64,000 nucleotides of DNA from Thainema sp. (GCA_052168235.1 JBQLZK010000004.1:1-64000); one strand, 5' to 3'. Shown: positions 1-10,678, numbered from the stretch's first letter. Notes: a model not told the origin generated them from the sequence alone. Translations and numbers: made by a program.

Positions 1-84
1 AGGTGGAAGTCCATTGCAGCAACAGTCTACTGGTTGTCGCCTAGTATACGAAATTTACCTTAAACCCGGAAGAACCAGTTGGAA

Positions 85-621
85 CTAGATGTGCTCGTAA
101 TAATTGCGTTGCCAAACAGGTGATCCTTTTATCTGCCGTTGTCGATTAATTTGGCGGGCAGAAAACGATTTAAATCCGCGTATGATATTTGAAATTCCAG
201 CACGTTGTATCGTAACGGTTCCTGGTCTCGATTGATCATTTGTAGGGGCGGGTTTCGGTATTAGGTTATCGGATGAAACCGATACCGTATCGGCTAAACC
301 CGCCCCTACGGTATCAGATTGGTCACACTCATTTTCGTTAGATAAAATCAAAATTCCGTGAATGTGGTTCGGCATCACGATAAATTCATCTAGGCGTAAA
401 TGTGAATGATGATTCGATAACTTTAACCCATGTCCTTGGATGACTTGACCAAACGAATTCAATTGCATTTTGCCATCAACAATATTGCCGAATAAACATT
501 CGCGTTGATAGGTGCAAATGGTGATGAAATACGCGCCTGGTGATGAATAATCGTAACCTTTGAGGCGAATGGAACGACGATGGTGTTTATCAGGGTTATA
601 TCTCATACGGGATGGTTTCAA
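85..621 (-). pseudogene. REP-associated tyrosine transposase (RAYT/TnpA-REP, HUH Y1 family), C-terminally truncated
   Basis: RRSIRLKGYDYS N-terminus, YFITICT, HUH motif MPNHIHGI, IIRGFKS, WQRNYYEHI followed directly by TAG. The usual IR...YIxxNP segment with the catalytic Tyr is absent. Confidence 0.85.
242..309. repeat. GTAG-type REP doublet (68 bp) inside the RAYT ORF
   Basis: GTAGGGGCGGGTTT ... AAACCCGCCCCTAC inverted pair; translated in frame as VGAGLADTVSVSSDNLIPKPAPT. Confidence 0.85.
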
Positions 622-694
622 TGCACCTGTTACTCAGAATGCCCGTTGAAATATTTGAATTTACATTACATTGCTTGAAATGCCACAACGTTTT

Positions 695-762
695 GTAGGG
701 GCGGGTTTAGCCAATAAGTTTGCGGTTGTATCCGATCACCTACCATCGAAACCCGCCCCTGC
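695..762. repeat. GTAG-type REP doublet (68 bp) upstream of RAYT
   Basis: GTAGGGGCGGGTTT ... AAACCCGCCCCTGC; spacer is homologous to the 242-309 copy, in inverted orientation. Confidence 0.85.
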
Positions 763-821
763 GGGGTTGTTGTCAGAAAGCGATCAGTTTGCGATCGCAC
801 TCAGCCCAGTAGTAAAAACAC

Positions 822-846
822 GAAAGGCTAGCTCAGCTAGCCTTTC
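822..846 (-). terminator. Hairpin downstream of the histidine kinase gene
   Basis: GAAAGGCTAGC-TCA-GCTAGCCTTTC perfect 11-bp stem. Confidence 0.5.
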
Positions 847-866
847 AGAAAAACAATAGCCAACGC

Positions 867-2513
867 TTATGGTTGATGCTGTCTTAAATCGAGCGGTAAA
901 AAGATGGTCATCACTTCGCCCTGCTTCGGTCGCTGCTTGACGATCATCTTGCCGCCCAGCGCTTGGAATAGGTTTTTGGTGGCCGACAAATTCAGGCTCA
1001 GATTGCCCGTTTCCGGCTGCACCATCAGCAGTTGACCAATTGACTTGAACGCCGCATGGGGATTAAACGCCATGTTGGCAAAGGTGTATGCCTTGTCCGC
1101 CTGGAACCCATCTGAATTAGATTCACCAGCCGCATCATGGGGCAAACTCGACTTGAACTGGAGCTTGAGCTGATGTCCGGCAGGCGTTACGCCGAGCTGT
1201 AGATGACTGCCACCGGGTAAGCTGAGGGCAAACCGCTCAATTAAGTTTGTGAGTACCTGATTCAGCATCACCGGATCGCTGACCACCCAAGGCAGCGTAT
1301 GTGGCAGCGTCACATCGAGCTGAATATTACGCTGCTGCGCCTGCTGCTGCCACTTGGGAATGTTGTCTTCGAACACCTGATCAAGCGCGATCGCACTTAG
1401 CGATCCCATCGACTGGCTCGACTGCTGCGTTTCCAGTTCAACCGCCCGGAAAATCAGGCCAAATCGATCGATCTGCTGGGTACATTCCTGATCAATTTGC
1501 TTCAGTCGATAGAGTACCTTCTCACCCAGTTCAGTGCGACGCATCAGCGAACGGGTTAAGGTGCGAATAGTCGTCAGCGGTGTACGAATTTCGTGCGCCA
1601 TTGCCCGCAGCAGTTCAGCATCTAAGGAGAGCGACGAGGCAACGTCGCTCAGTGGATTAGAGGCGGTTGCAGCGTCGGTGGATGGAGCTGGAGATGTGCG
1701 ATCGCAGTCCTGACCCACCTGCTTGCCATGACCATTGGCCTGAGCCTGGGTTTGGGATACCTGCTGCCGTGCGATGTTTGCCTGCGCTGCTGTGCGAGCG
1801 GCTTCCACTGCCGAGAGGTTCGCCGCCACCACGGGCAGTTGCTTCAGCATCAGCCGCTGAAACTGCATGACAAGCTGGTAGTCCGGCTCCACGGGCGCAA
1901 ACTGCTGGATGTAGGTTTCCATCTGCTGCATCTGATGGGGACTGGTCAGCGACAGGCGAATGCGCAGCGTTTGCCAAGCCCGTTCGACAATGGCCGGATT
2001 GAATGAAAACTGAAATTCGACTGGCCCATCATTCGGCTGACCAAGGGTAAGCACCAAACAGAAGTCGGCGGTCAGCACCAGGCAAAACTGCTCGTTAATA
2101 ATCGGGTCGCTCTGGGAAATCGGCAGCGATACGACTCGCGCGGGTTCTTGAGCCTGTTCCTGAAGACTGGGCGGAAGCTGGAGCGATACCTGAGCAGGTT
2201 CTGAAGTCAACACCCAATCAGCAAAATGCTCGCTCAGGGCAGACGACTCCAGCATCGGCGCTGGCCCGGAAAGCACGACACCTTTGACGGGCATCGCTCC
2301 ATCACAAACGGCGACTGAATAGGTATCAACGTTTTGATTAAGTAGCTGATTCAGGGCCGCGATCGCAGCATACCATTCCTGTTCGGCTCGGTTCTGCTGC
2401 TCACGTGCGGTCACCGCTTGAGGCTCAGCCGCATAGCCACCTGGGATAGCGTCTAACTGATCCAGGGTCAACACCTGACTGAGTGTGGGTAGCCTCCTCG
2501 CTTGACCTGACAT
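867..2513 (-). CDS. Sensor histidine kinase with degenerate ATP-binding domain (Hik34-like)
   Basis: H-box AHEIRTPLTTIRTL; no DxGxG G1 box; ETGNLSLNL C-terminal motif. Start placed at ATG 2513; the ORF extends to 2627. Confidence 0.7.
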   Translation of the reverse strand: MSGQARRLPTLSQVLTLDQLDAIPGGYAAEPQAVTAREQQNRAEQEWYAAIAALNQLLNQNVDTYSVAVCDGAMPVKGVVLSGPAPMLESSALSEHFADWVLTSEPAQVSLQLPPSLQEQAQEPARVVSLPISQSDPIINEQFCLVLTADFCLVLTLGQPNDGPVEFQFSFNPAIVERAWQTLRIRLSLTSPHQMQQMETYIQQFAPVEPDYQLVMQFQRLMLKQLPVVAANLSAVEAARTAAQANIARQQVSQTQAQANGHGKQVGQDCDRTSPAPSTDAATASNPLSDVASSLSLDAELLRAMAHEIRTPLTTIRTLTRSLMRRTELGEKVLYRLKQIDQECTQQIDRFGLIFRAVELETQQSSQSMGSLSAIALDQVFEDNIPKWQQQAQQRNIQLDVTLPHTLPWVVSDPVMLNQVLTNLIERFALSLPGGSHLQLGVTPAGHQLKLQFKSSLPHDAAGESNSDGFQADKAYTFANMAFNPHAAFKSIGQLLMVQPETGNLSLNLSATKNLFQALGGKMIVKQRPKQGEVMTIFLPLDLRQHQP

Positions 2514-2899
2514 TCGTTTTGCCTTCAATCGCGACTTGTGGAAATCAACTGGTAAATCAACTCGTGAGTCAATGTTTAGGTGGGTATCATCGCAAGATGA
2601 ATTGCGATCGCGGATTGCTATAACCATTGATGCTTATGATGCTTATCATCGGTTGGAGCCGCAGTGATGGCTGAAATATCGTTAAAATTGAATTGTGATG
2701 CTTCAGCAACTGCACGCTTTCCCTGCTTGAAAACTGCATAAATTACTATGCTTCTACACTATCGGTATTTCAGCAGCAGGAGTAGCCGTAGAACCGAACC
2801 TCTCCAGCGCAATCTCCGCTGCGATCGCAAAATCTGGCTTTGATTGCCGGCAGATTCGGTTACCATGCTGTATGTTTGCCCTTTGCATGGAACTCAAGC

Positions 2900-4012
2900 A
2901 TGTCACCCGCCAAACGCATTTGCATTACGTTGGGAACGCGACCGGAAGCGATTAAGCTGGCTCCGGTGATTCAGCAATTTCAGCAGTCAGCCGACTTTGA
3001 AACCCACGTCGTCCTGACGGGGCAGCACCGCGAAATGGTCGATCAGGTGATGGAGCTGTTTGGGCTAGAAGCAACCCATGATTTGGATATCATGCAGCCT
3101 AAGCAAACGCTGACGGATATCACCCAGCGCAGTCTGCAAGGGTTGGAATCTCTCTTTCAAACCATTCAGCCGCAGGTGGTGCTGGTGCAGGGCGACACGA
3201 CCACTGCCTTTGCTGCCGCGCTGGCTGCGTTTTATCAAAAAATTCCGGTTGGTCACGTTGAGGCTGGCTTGCGTACCGACGATCTCTATAATCCCTATCC
3301 CGAAGAAGCCAATCGACGGTTGATTTCGCAGCTTAGTTTTCTGCACTTTGCGCCCACGGAAACCGCCGTGCAGCATCTGAAAAATTCTAGCGTCGTCGGC
3401 GAAATTCACCAGACGGGCAACACGGTGATTGACGCCTTGCTGACGGTGGCCGACAGATCGCCGGAGTGCGACGTGCCGGGACTCGATTGGAATCAGCACC
3501 GCGTCCTGCTAGCCACCGTCCATCGGCGGGAGAACTGGGGCGAACCGCTGCACAGTATTGCCCAGGGCTTTCTGGATACGCTGAACCAGTTTCCGGATAC
3601 TGCTCTGCTGCTGCCGCTGCACCGCAATCCCACCGTGCGCGAACCATTGACACAGATCTTGGGCGATCATCCCCGCGTCTTTTTGACGGAACCGCTGGAT
3701 TATGCGGCTTTGGTGGGTGCGATTCAGCGCTGTCACCTGCTGCTCACGGACTCCGGTGGGCTACAGGAAGAAGCGCCCAGTTTGGGAAAACCCGTACTGG
3801 TATTGCGCGAAACCACCGAACGTCCAGAAGCGATCGCAGCGGGCACCGCAAAGTTAATTGGCACCGATGCCGCCACCATTACCACTGAAGCCGCAAAATT
3901 ACTGGAATCCGAAACGGCCTATCAAGAGATGGCGAATGCGGTGAATCCTTTTGGCGACGGGCAGGCAGCTCGGCGCATTCTCAAGATTGTGGGCGACTAT
4001 CTCGGTGCTTAG
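2900..4012 (+). CDS. wecB: UDP-N-acetylglucosamine 2-epimerase (non-hydrolysing)
   Basis: GTRPEAIK, TGQHR, QGDT, HVEAGLR, HRREN, DSGGLQEEAP motifs. Confidence 0.95.
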   Translation: MSPAKRICITLGTRPEAIKLAPVIQQFQQSADFETHVVLTGQHREMVDQVMELFGLEATHDLDIMQPKQTLTDITQRSLQGLESLFQTIQPQVVLVQGDTTTAFAAALAAFYQKIPVGHVEAGLRTDDLYNPYPEEANRRLISQLSFLHFAPTETAVQHLKNSSVVGEIHQTGNTVIDALLTVADRSPECDVPGLDWNQHRVLLATVHRRENWGEPLHSIAQGFLDTLNQFPDTALLLPLHRNPTVREPLTQILGDHPRVFLTEPLDYAALVGAIQRCHLLLTDSGGLQEEAPSLGKPVLVLRETTERPEAIAAGTAKLIGTDAATITTEAAKLLESETAYQEMANAVNPFGDGQAARRILKIVGDYLGA

Positions 4013-4037
4013 CCGTCTGTCAACTTTGTTTTGATGG

Positions 4038-4088
4038 GTTTTGCTGGTTGATGGGCCGCGCTCCGCGCGGCCCATCAACCAGCAAAAC
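4038..4088. repeat. Long perfect palindrome (24-bp arms, TCC/GGA loop)
   Basis: GTTTTGCTGGTTGATGGGCCGCGC-TCC-GCGCGGCCCATCAACCAGCAAAAC. Confidence 0.9.
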
Positions 4089-4215
4089 TTAATTTACAGA
4101 ATACTTAGTTGCCGTATTTTTTGGTTAAGAAAAGGTTAAAGCCAATTTTCTTAACGGATTCAGCAATCGGCTGGAAGCACGGTATACTCCTTTGGGGTTA
4201 ATGGAGTATACAGGC

Positions 4216-5571
4216 ATGGTAGCGGTAGCAATTTTGGCGGCAGGTCGTGGCACACGCATGAAGTCAAACCTGCCCAAGGTCTTGCACGCATTAGGTTCGA
4301 AACCACTGGTTGAGCGGGTACTGGACAGCGCAGAAGCATTGCAGCCCAGCCGTCGCCTGGTGATTGTGGGCTATCGGAGCGATTTAATTCGCGAAGCACT
4401 GGGTCACAACGGCACGATTGAATTTGTCGAGCAAACCGAGCAGCTCGGTACGGGACACGCTATTCAGCAGGTGATTCCTTATCTAGAAGGGTTCCAGGAG
4501 GATCTGCTTGTACTTAACGGTGATGTCCCGCTCTTGCGATCTGAATCGCTTCAGAAGCTGCTCGAAACCCATCGCACCCACCAGAATGCCGCTACGATCT
4601 TGACGGCTCAACTGCCGAACCCCCAAGGCTATGGTCGTGTGTTCTGCAATGGCAACAACATCGTCACTCAAATTGTGGAAGACCGCGATTGCAGTCCTGC
4701 CCAGAAGCAAAATCACCGGATTAATGCTGGCGTGTACTGCTTCCGCTGGACGGCACTGGCAGAGGTATTGCCCCAGTTGACCTCCAATAACGATCAGCAA
4801 GAGTACTATCTGACCGATACAGTGCAGTATCTCAAGCCCGTGATGGCCGTTGATGTGGAAGACTATCAGGAAATCGTCGGCATCAACAACCGTAAGCAGT
4901 TGGCGGCGGCCTATGGCATTTTGCAGCAGCGCATCAAGGACAACTGGATGGCGGCAGGCGTGACGATGGTTGACCCCAACAGCATCACGATTGACGATAC
5001 GGTTGAGCTAGAGCCGGACGTGATCCTGGAGCCGCAAACCCATCTGCGTGGCCAAACCCGCATCGGCTCAGGTAGCCGGATTGGTCCCGGTACGCTGGTG
5101 GAGAACAGCCAGCTAGGTCAAAACGTGACGGCTCATTATTCCGTCATTTCCGATAGCGAAGTGGCCGATAACACCCGCGTTGGCCCCTATGCCCATTTGC
5201 GCGGTCATGCCCAAGTCGGAGAGCGCTGCCGGATTGGTAACTTTGTCGAACTCAAGAATGCCGAAATTGGCGATCGCACAAATGTCGCCCACCTGTCCTA
5301 TCTGGGTGATGCCACGCTGGGCCATCAAGTGAACGTCGGTGCTGGCACGATTACTGCCAATTACGACGGTTTCAAGAAGCACCGCACCACGATTGGCGAT
5401 CGCACTAAGACCGGATCAAACTCTGTTTTCGTTGCACCCGTCACCATCGGCACCGATGTCACTGTCGCGGCTGGGTCAGTGGTAACTGAAGATGTTCCCG
5501 ATGAAGCACTAGTGATTGCCCGTGCGCGGCAGGTAGTGAAGCGCGACTGGCAGCCGAAATCTGCCCAGTAG
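4216..5571 (+). CDS. glmU: Bifunctional UDP-GlcNAc pyrophosphorylase / glucosamine-1-P acetyltransferase
   Basis: [28 protein letters not shown], hexapeptide repeats, [12 protein letters not shown]. Confidence 0.97.
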   Translation: MVAVAILAAGRGTRMKSNLPKVLHALGSKPLVERVLDSAEALQPSRRLVIVGYRSDLIREALGHNGTIEFVEQTEQLGTGHAIQQVIPYLEGFQEDLLVLNGDVPLLRSESLQKLLETHRTHQNAATILTAQLPNPQGYGRVFCNGNNIVTQIVEDRDCSPAQKQNHRINAGVYCFRWTALAEVLPQLTSNNDQQEYYLTDTVQYLKPVMAVDVEDYQEIVGINNRKQLAAAYGILQQRIKDNWMAAGVTMVDPNSITIDDTVELEPDVILEPQTHLRGQTRIGSGSRIGPGTLVENSQLGQNVTAHYSVISDSEVADNTRVGPYAHLRGHAQVGERCRIGNFVELKNAEIGDRTNVAHLSYLGDATLGHQVNVGAGTITANYDGFKKHRTTIGDRTKTGSNSVFVAPVTIGTDVTVAAGSVVTEDVPDEALVIARARQVVKRDWQPKSAQ

Positions 5572-5736
5572 TCTCGTTGCTAGTCCCGATAAGCGAGCCA
5601 AAACCTAACTTTTGAATTATGCGATCGCGTCTATCGCCGTTCTGGCGATGGACGTTCTTTTTGCTGCATTTTTCTAACCTGAAAGGTGATCACCCCCACA
5701 ATAGCGATCACCCACTCGGAGGCTCTAGCTACCCCT

Positions 5737-6246
5737 ATGAACTATCTCATTGCAGTCTTGTCCGACCGTCAACAGGTCGAGGCAGCCCAAACCGCTCTTC
5801 AAGCAGACGGCATCGCACCGGAACATATTAGTCTGGTCGGCGAAGGCTACCAAAGCGCCGATGAATTTGGCTTCATCGAACCCAATCAGCAAGCCCAAAA
5901 GAGTTCGCGGCGACTGTCTTACTGGGTGGTTCCCTTTGGTTTTATCGCCGGATATGCATTTAACTATCTGACCGGAATTGAAATCTTTTCTGCCCTTGGC
6001 CCCATCGGCAACCACATGCTAGGCGGCATTCTCGGTGCCTTGGCTGGCGTATTGGGTGCAGTTTTAGTCGGCGGTGCTGTCGGATGGACGGTCGGCAGCG
6101 GTGACGCTCTGCCCTATCGTAATCGCCTCAATGCAGGTAAGTACCTAATCGTGGTCACAGGTTCAGAAACGCTCACGCGTGAAGCAACGCGAATTCTGCG
6201 CCAGTTTGAACCTGAAAACTTGCAGGGGTATCGTCAACCCGCTTAG
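5737..6246 (+). CDS. Conserved small membrane protein (two hydrophobic Gly-rich segments)
   Basis: Clean ORF with MNYLIAVL start and YRNRLNAGKYLIVV C-terminal motif. Confidence 0.7.
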   Translation: MNYLIAVLSDRQQVEAAQTALQADGIAPEHISLVGEGYQSADEFGFIEPNQQAQKSSRRLSYWVVPFGFIAGYAFNYLTGIEIFSALGPIGNHMLGGILGALAGVLGAVLVGGAVGWTVGSGDALPYRNRLNAGKYLIVVTGSETLTREATRILRQFEPENLQGYRQPA

Positions 6247-6401
6247 GCATCCATCACGCTTTAATATGCAATCCGGCTGAAAACCCATTGTTTACTTTGG
6301 TGAAACATTTGCTTGGCAAGCATTTCATCAAAAATAAACAGGGTTCTTACACACGGATTTCACATAACTTTTCCATTTTTGACGAATTCTACTTTCGATC
6401 T

Positions 6402-7550
6402 ATGGCTTTACTGACAAAATCTGAATTGCAAACCCTAGCCGAAATGCAGGCAGAACCGTGCATTTCCATCTACATGCCGACCCACATCGCTGGGCCGGAA
6501 ATTCGGCAAGATCCGATTCGATTCAAAAATCGGCTGAATGAAGCCCGCGAGCGGTTAGAGCAAGCTGGCCTCAATTCAGATGATGTCAACCCTCTGTTGG
6601 ATCGCGCTCAGCAACTGACCGAGCAAATGGAGTTTTGGCGACATCAGAAAGAAGGGTTAGCTCTCTTTATTGCGCCTAATTTTTTCCGCCTGTATCGCTT
6701 ACCGCTGGAGTTTGAAGAGAAGACGATTGTTAGCGATCGCATTCACTTAAAGCCGCTCATGCCTATGCTGTCCGGCGATGGTTATTTCTACTTACTCTCG
6801 CTCAGCCAAAACCGGGTGCAGCTCTTCCAAGGCACTCACTACACCATTAGTGAGATTGATCCAGACGACATGCCCCGTAGCTTGGCAGAAGCACTACAGT
6901 ACGACGATCCAGAAAAGCAGCTTCAGTTTCATAATGTTAGTGGTGATGGTTCATCTCTTTACCACGGTCATGGAGTTGGCACTACTCAAGATAAGACCAA
7001 TATCTTACGGTTCTGTCAAAAACTAGACAGCTCATTGAGTTCATTCTTGAACAACGAAACTGCACCATTGATAATTGCTGGAGTTGAATATCTCCATCCT
7101 ATTTATCGCGAAGCTAACTCTTATCCCCATCTGCTTGAACAAGGCGTAATAGGTAATCCAGAACATCTTAAGCCTGAAGAACTCCATCAAAATGCATGGC
7201 AGGTTGTCCAGCCCTATTTCCATCAGGCCCAAGAGCACGCCTTTAGCACCTACCGCGACTTGCTTACGAAACCAGAGTCCTCCAGCGATGTGGCCGACGT
7301 GGTAAAAGCCGCCTACGATCGCCAAATCGATACGCTGTTTGTTCGCGCTGATCAGCACTGTTGGGGTCAGTTCAACCCACAGACCCATGCAGTTCAACTC
7401 CACAATCAGGAGCAGGCTGAAGACACCGACCTACTGGATTTTGCGGCTGTGCAAACTTTCCTCAACGGCGGCAAAGTATTCGCGGTTGATACCGACGAAG
7501 CCATGCCCGCTGATGAACCTGTAGCCGCAATTCTACGATTCGTAGCTTAA
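6402..7550 (+). CDS. Bacterial archaeo-eukaryotic release factor (baeRF3/7-type) family protein
   Basis: CISIYMPTH...QDPIRFKN, LKPL, PLIIAG, IGNP, DLLD.AA..T..NGG.V pattern. Confidence 0.75.
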   Translation: MALLTKSELQTLAEMQAEPCISIYMPTHIAGPEIRQDPIRFKNRLNEARERLEQAGLNSDDVNPLLDRAQQLTEQMEFWRHQKEGLALFIAPNFFRLYRLPLEFEEKTIVSDRIHLKPLMPMLSGDGYFYLLSLSQNRVQLFQGTHYTISEIDPDDMPRSLAEALQYDDPEKQLQFHNVSGDGSSLYHGHGVGTTQDKTNILRFCQKLDSSLSSFLNNETAPLIIAGVEYLHPIYREANSYPHLLEQGVIGNPEHLKPEELHQNAWQVVQPYFHQAQEHAFSTYRDLLTKPESSSDVADVVKAAYDRQIDTLFVRADQHCWGQFNPQTHAVQLHNQEQAEDTDLLDFAAVQTFLNGGKVFAVDTDEAMPADEPVAAILRFVA

Positions 7551-7591
7551 TATGCGACATTTAATGCGCGAATGTACAAATGTACAACAAA

Positions 7592-7662
<71 letters not shown>

Positions 7663-7922
7663 ATACCCTTCAGGTACACCAGTGTAGCAAACTTTTCGGT
7701 CAAATCAACAGGCTGATCTAAATTTTGCCAACAGATCGCTCTGGCATAGAGACTTTATGGAGAGCATAAGTCTTGGCGTGGCTACCGTGCCACAACGATT
7801 TATGCAGTAAAGTCTAAAAACAATTCGATATCGCGTCAGCAACCTGAAACTTGGAGACGCACTAGTCGCTGCTCGGTGATCAGTGCGTCTCTAGTTTTGT
7901 AGGCAGGCTTAGTGTTGTGTCA

Positions 7923-8019
7923 AATAGACTTTAATTGGAAGTAAAGTTCTTGGGGTTGGAAATTGTTTTGTAGCGCGGCGGAGCCGCGCTACAAAACAAT
8001 TTCCGACAAAGTCTAATAA
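7923..8019. repeat. ~97-bp palindromic dispersed element, copy 1
   Basis: 22-bp-arm hairpin at 7958-8004 (GGA loop) with flanks shared with 26324-26419. Confidence 0.85.
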
Positions 8020-8041
8020 GTGTTGCGGGTTGACAGACTAT

Positions 8042-8172
8042 TAGGGGCTGTCATCAAATTTTCGACGAAATTACCTTCGTATGAGGATTCCAGCCCCTAG
8101 CCTGTTTGCTGGGGACGGACGCGGTACGGCTGATTCCTTAAGGTTCCTAACTCTAATTGATGATGTGCCCTA
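8042..8172. repeat. ~130-bp element with imperfect 16-bp terminal inverted repeats (MITE-like)
   Basis: TAGGGGCTGTCATCAA ... TTGATGATGTGCCCTA; the right end overlaps the htrA-family stop codon. Confidence 0.5.
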
Positions 8173-9381
8173 GTCAGATGGCAGGGAGGTGGGGCGCACT
8201 TCTAGCTGCAGGGGTTTATCAGCGCGGATGATGTCAATCGTCACGGGTTCACCAATCTGACTGCCCTCAACTTCTTGCTGGACCTCAGACGCTTTTTGCA
8301 CCGGAACATTGTTGACTTTGACAATGATGTCGCCGTCCTGTAATCCTGCTGCCTCTGCTGGAGTACCTGGCATGACTCGCACTATTAGCACGCCTTCATC
8401 TTGATTGATTTTGAAGCCAATTTCCGGATCGCTATTGATGCGATCGCGCAATTCAGACGACAGGTCATACATCTGAATGCCTAGATATGGATGCTGAACT
8501 TCACCGGATTCAAAAAGCTGTTCTGAAATGCGCAGTGCCGTTTCAATTGGAATTGCAAAGCCCAATCCCTGTGCATCAGCGCGAATAGCCGTATTGATAC
8601 CAACGACTTCGCCTCGGTCGTTCAGCAGCGGGCCGCCGGAATTGCCTGGATTAATGGCTGCATCGGTCTGAATAAACTGCACCCGTTTGTCGGGAATGCC
8701 AATTTGCGAACTCGAACGGCCCAGAGCGCTAATGATGCCAGCCGTAACGGTATTGTCGAGGCCAAGGGGATTACCAATGGCGATCGCCCATTGCCCCGGC
8801 GTTAAATCTTCAGATCGACCGATGCTTACATTCGGCAAGTTGGTAGCTTCAATTTGAATCGCGGCTACGTCTGTCACGGAATCGGCCCCGATAACTCGTC
8901 CTTCAAATGTGCGACCGTCTTTGAGCGTCACTGTCACAGTTTCAGCGCCTTCAACCACATGGGCATTGGTGATAATCTGCCCGTTTTGGTTGAGAATGAA
9001 GCCCGAGCCCGTTCCCTGCTCCACCCGCTCTTGAGGAATATTCGGGATTTCATCACCAAAAAAGCGGCGAAAGATGGGATTTTCAAACGCATCTGGTATT
9101 TGTCGCGCGACCGTCCGCGAGGCATCAATCCGCACTACGGATGGGCCAACTTTTTCGACGGCGTCTGCGATAAAGTTTGGGTTCGTGGGTGCGATCGCAA
9201 CTGCTGTTTGTGCTGGTTCACGATTCGACTTAGGTTCTAGAGCTGCCGGAACGGTGGATGCAGGAGATTCGATGGCGCGCTCAGCGTTGCGATTGAAATA
9301 TTGATGGCTGGCCCAGCCTGCTCCACTGCCAATCGCTAAAAAGGCCGCATAGAGTCCAAGCTGTTTCACTGATAAGCCCAT
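8170..9381 (-). CDS. HtrA/DegP family serine protease (HhoA/HhoB type) with PDZ domain
   Basis: GTGSGFI, TNAHVV, TDAAINPGNSGGPL, C-terminal PDZ; N-terminal hydrophobic anchor. Confidence 0.93.
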   Translation of the reverse strand: MGLSVKQLGLYAAFLAIGSGAGWASHQYFNRNAERAIESPASTVPAALEPKSNREPAQTAVAIAPTNPNFIADAVEKVGPSVVRIDASRTVARQIPDAFENPIFRRFFGDEIPNIPQERVEQGTGSGFILNQNGQIITNAHVVEGAETVTVTLKDGRTFEGRVIGADSVTDVAAIQIEATNLPNVSIGRSEDLTPGQWAIAIGNPLGLDNTVTAGIISALGRSSSQIGIPDKRVQFIQTDAAINPGNSGGPLLNDRGEVVGINTAIRADAQGLGFAIPIETALRISEQLFESGEVQHPYLGIQMYDLSSELRDRINSDPEIGFKINQDEGVLIVRVMPGTPAEAAGLQDGDIIVKVNNVPVQKASEVQQEVEGSQIGEPVTIDIIRADKPLQLEVRPTSLPSD

Positions 9382-9637
9382 AATATTTGCCGCTGAGTTA
9401 CTGCCGATGCTGATAGGTTTTAGTCTAATGTAGCTAAAACTTGAATTAACTGGTTCATTTTTGGACTTTGATTGGACTTTGAATTGAGTTCTACCTGTCC
9501 TGATCGGTGATCCAGGAGATGAAGGTGGGATTAAGGGTCGCGCAATTTGGGACATCCTATATCTCTGGGACTTTCATTGCGATCGCACAATTCGGTACAG
9601 TTGGCAGACAGGAGTTAGGCATCAGGTAGGCATCGGT

Positions 9638-10579
9638 ATGAGTAAGCGTTCTTTAGATCAGGACATGGAAGGAACGTCGATTCATTCCACCCCAGACCGT
9701 CACCATACAGATTCACATGCAGAGTCATTGTGGGCTAAGGTGCAGGCGCAATCGGAGCATGGACTGCGCTGTGGGGCATTGCAGCCGTTAGAAACGCGCT
9801 ACGAAATCGTCGAGCAGGACAACATTCCCTTTGTGGTGTACGTGCTGAAAAACCTCCAGCGCAAGGCGAAAGAGACGGAAAAGCGGGATGAAAATTTTGA
9901 TCCATTCTTACCCCCTGATCCGGATTTATTGGTCACTCACTTATCTAACACTCATGCCTGTGTGCTGAATAAGTTCAACGTGGTCGATCATCATTTGCTA
10001 GTGGTAACCCGCGAGTTTGAGGAACAGCTCAATTTACTGAATGCCCAGGATTTTGCGGCGCTGTGGCAGTGTATGCGCCCCATTGATGGTTTGGCTTTTT
10101 ACAATGCGGGGCAGCAGGCGGGGGCCAGCCAGCGACATAAGCATCTGCAACTGATTCCGTTTCCACTGATGCCCAATGGTGAGAAGTTACCCGTTGCCAT
10201 CGTGATGCAGCAGGTAGAGTTCACTAACGGTATCGGTACGCTGCCTGTGTTCGATTTTCAGCATGCGATCGCATCTCTTCCTTCCTTTTCTGATCTTTGC
10301 CAACAATCCGACACTGAAGCAGGCGAAATTCTCGAAACCCATTACCATCAACTTCTTCACCATTTACGATTAACTGCAAACGCTGAACCCCCAATCTACA
10401 ATTTGCTGATCACCCGCGCGTGGATGATGGTGATTCCGCGATCGCAGGAAAAAGTAAATGGCATTTCACTCAATTCACTGGCCTATGCTGGCACGCTGCT
10501 GGTAAAGGATACAGCACAACTGGAGCAGCTCAAGCAGATGCGACCGATAACGCTGCTGAATCAAGCCGCTGTTCATTAG
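9638..10579 (+). CDS. ATP adenylyltransferase / Ap4A phosphorylase (APA2-like HIT)
   Basis: DPFLP, LNKFNVVDHHLL, FYNAG..AGASQRHKHLQ. Confidence 0.9.
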   Translation: MSKRSLDQDMEGTSIHSTPDRHHTDSHAESLWAKVQAQSEHGLRCGALQPLETRYEIVEQDNIPFVVYVLKNLQRKAKETEKRDENFDPFLPPDPDLLVTHLSNTHACVLNKFNVVDHHLLVVTREFEEQLNLLNAQDFAALWQCMRPIDGLAFYNAGQQAGASQRHKHLQLIPFPLMPNGEKLPVAIVMQQVEFTNGIGTLPVFDFQHAIASLPSFSDLCQQSDTEAGEILETHYHQLLHHLRLTANAEPPIYNLLITRAWMMVIPRSQEKVNGISLNSLAYAGTLLVKDTAQLEQLKQMRPITLLNQAAVH

Positions 10580-10591
10580 CCGCCCCGTAGC

Positions 10592-10678
10592 CTCGCAAGG
10601 TGGGCAGCGCTCACTATCTTCGTGGGATTATCGTGGGATTAATGAGTTAGGGCTGGTGGACAGTGCCCACCCTACGAG
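10592..10678. repeat. Degenerate REP doublet of GTAGGGTGGGCA type
   Basis: CTCGCAAGGTGGGCAGCGCTCAC ... GTGGACAGTGCCCACCCTACGAG; related single hairpin at 49816-49834. Confidence 0.55.

Noticed and set aside
671..859. 62-aa ORF
   Set aside because: It is only the translation of the REP doublet and terminator hairpin.
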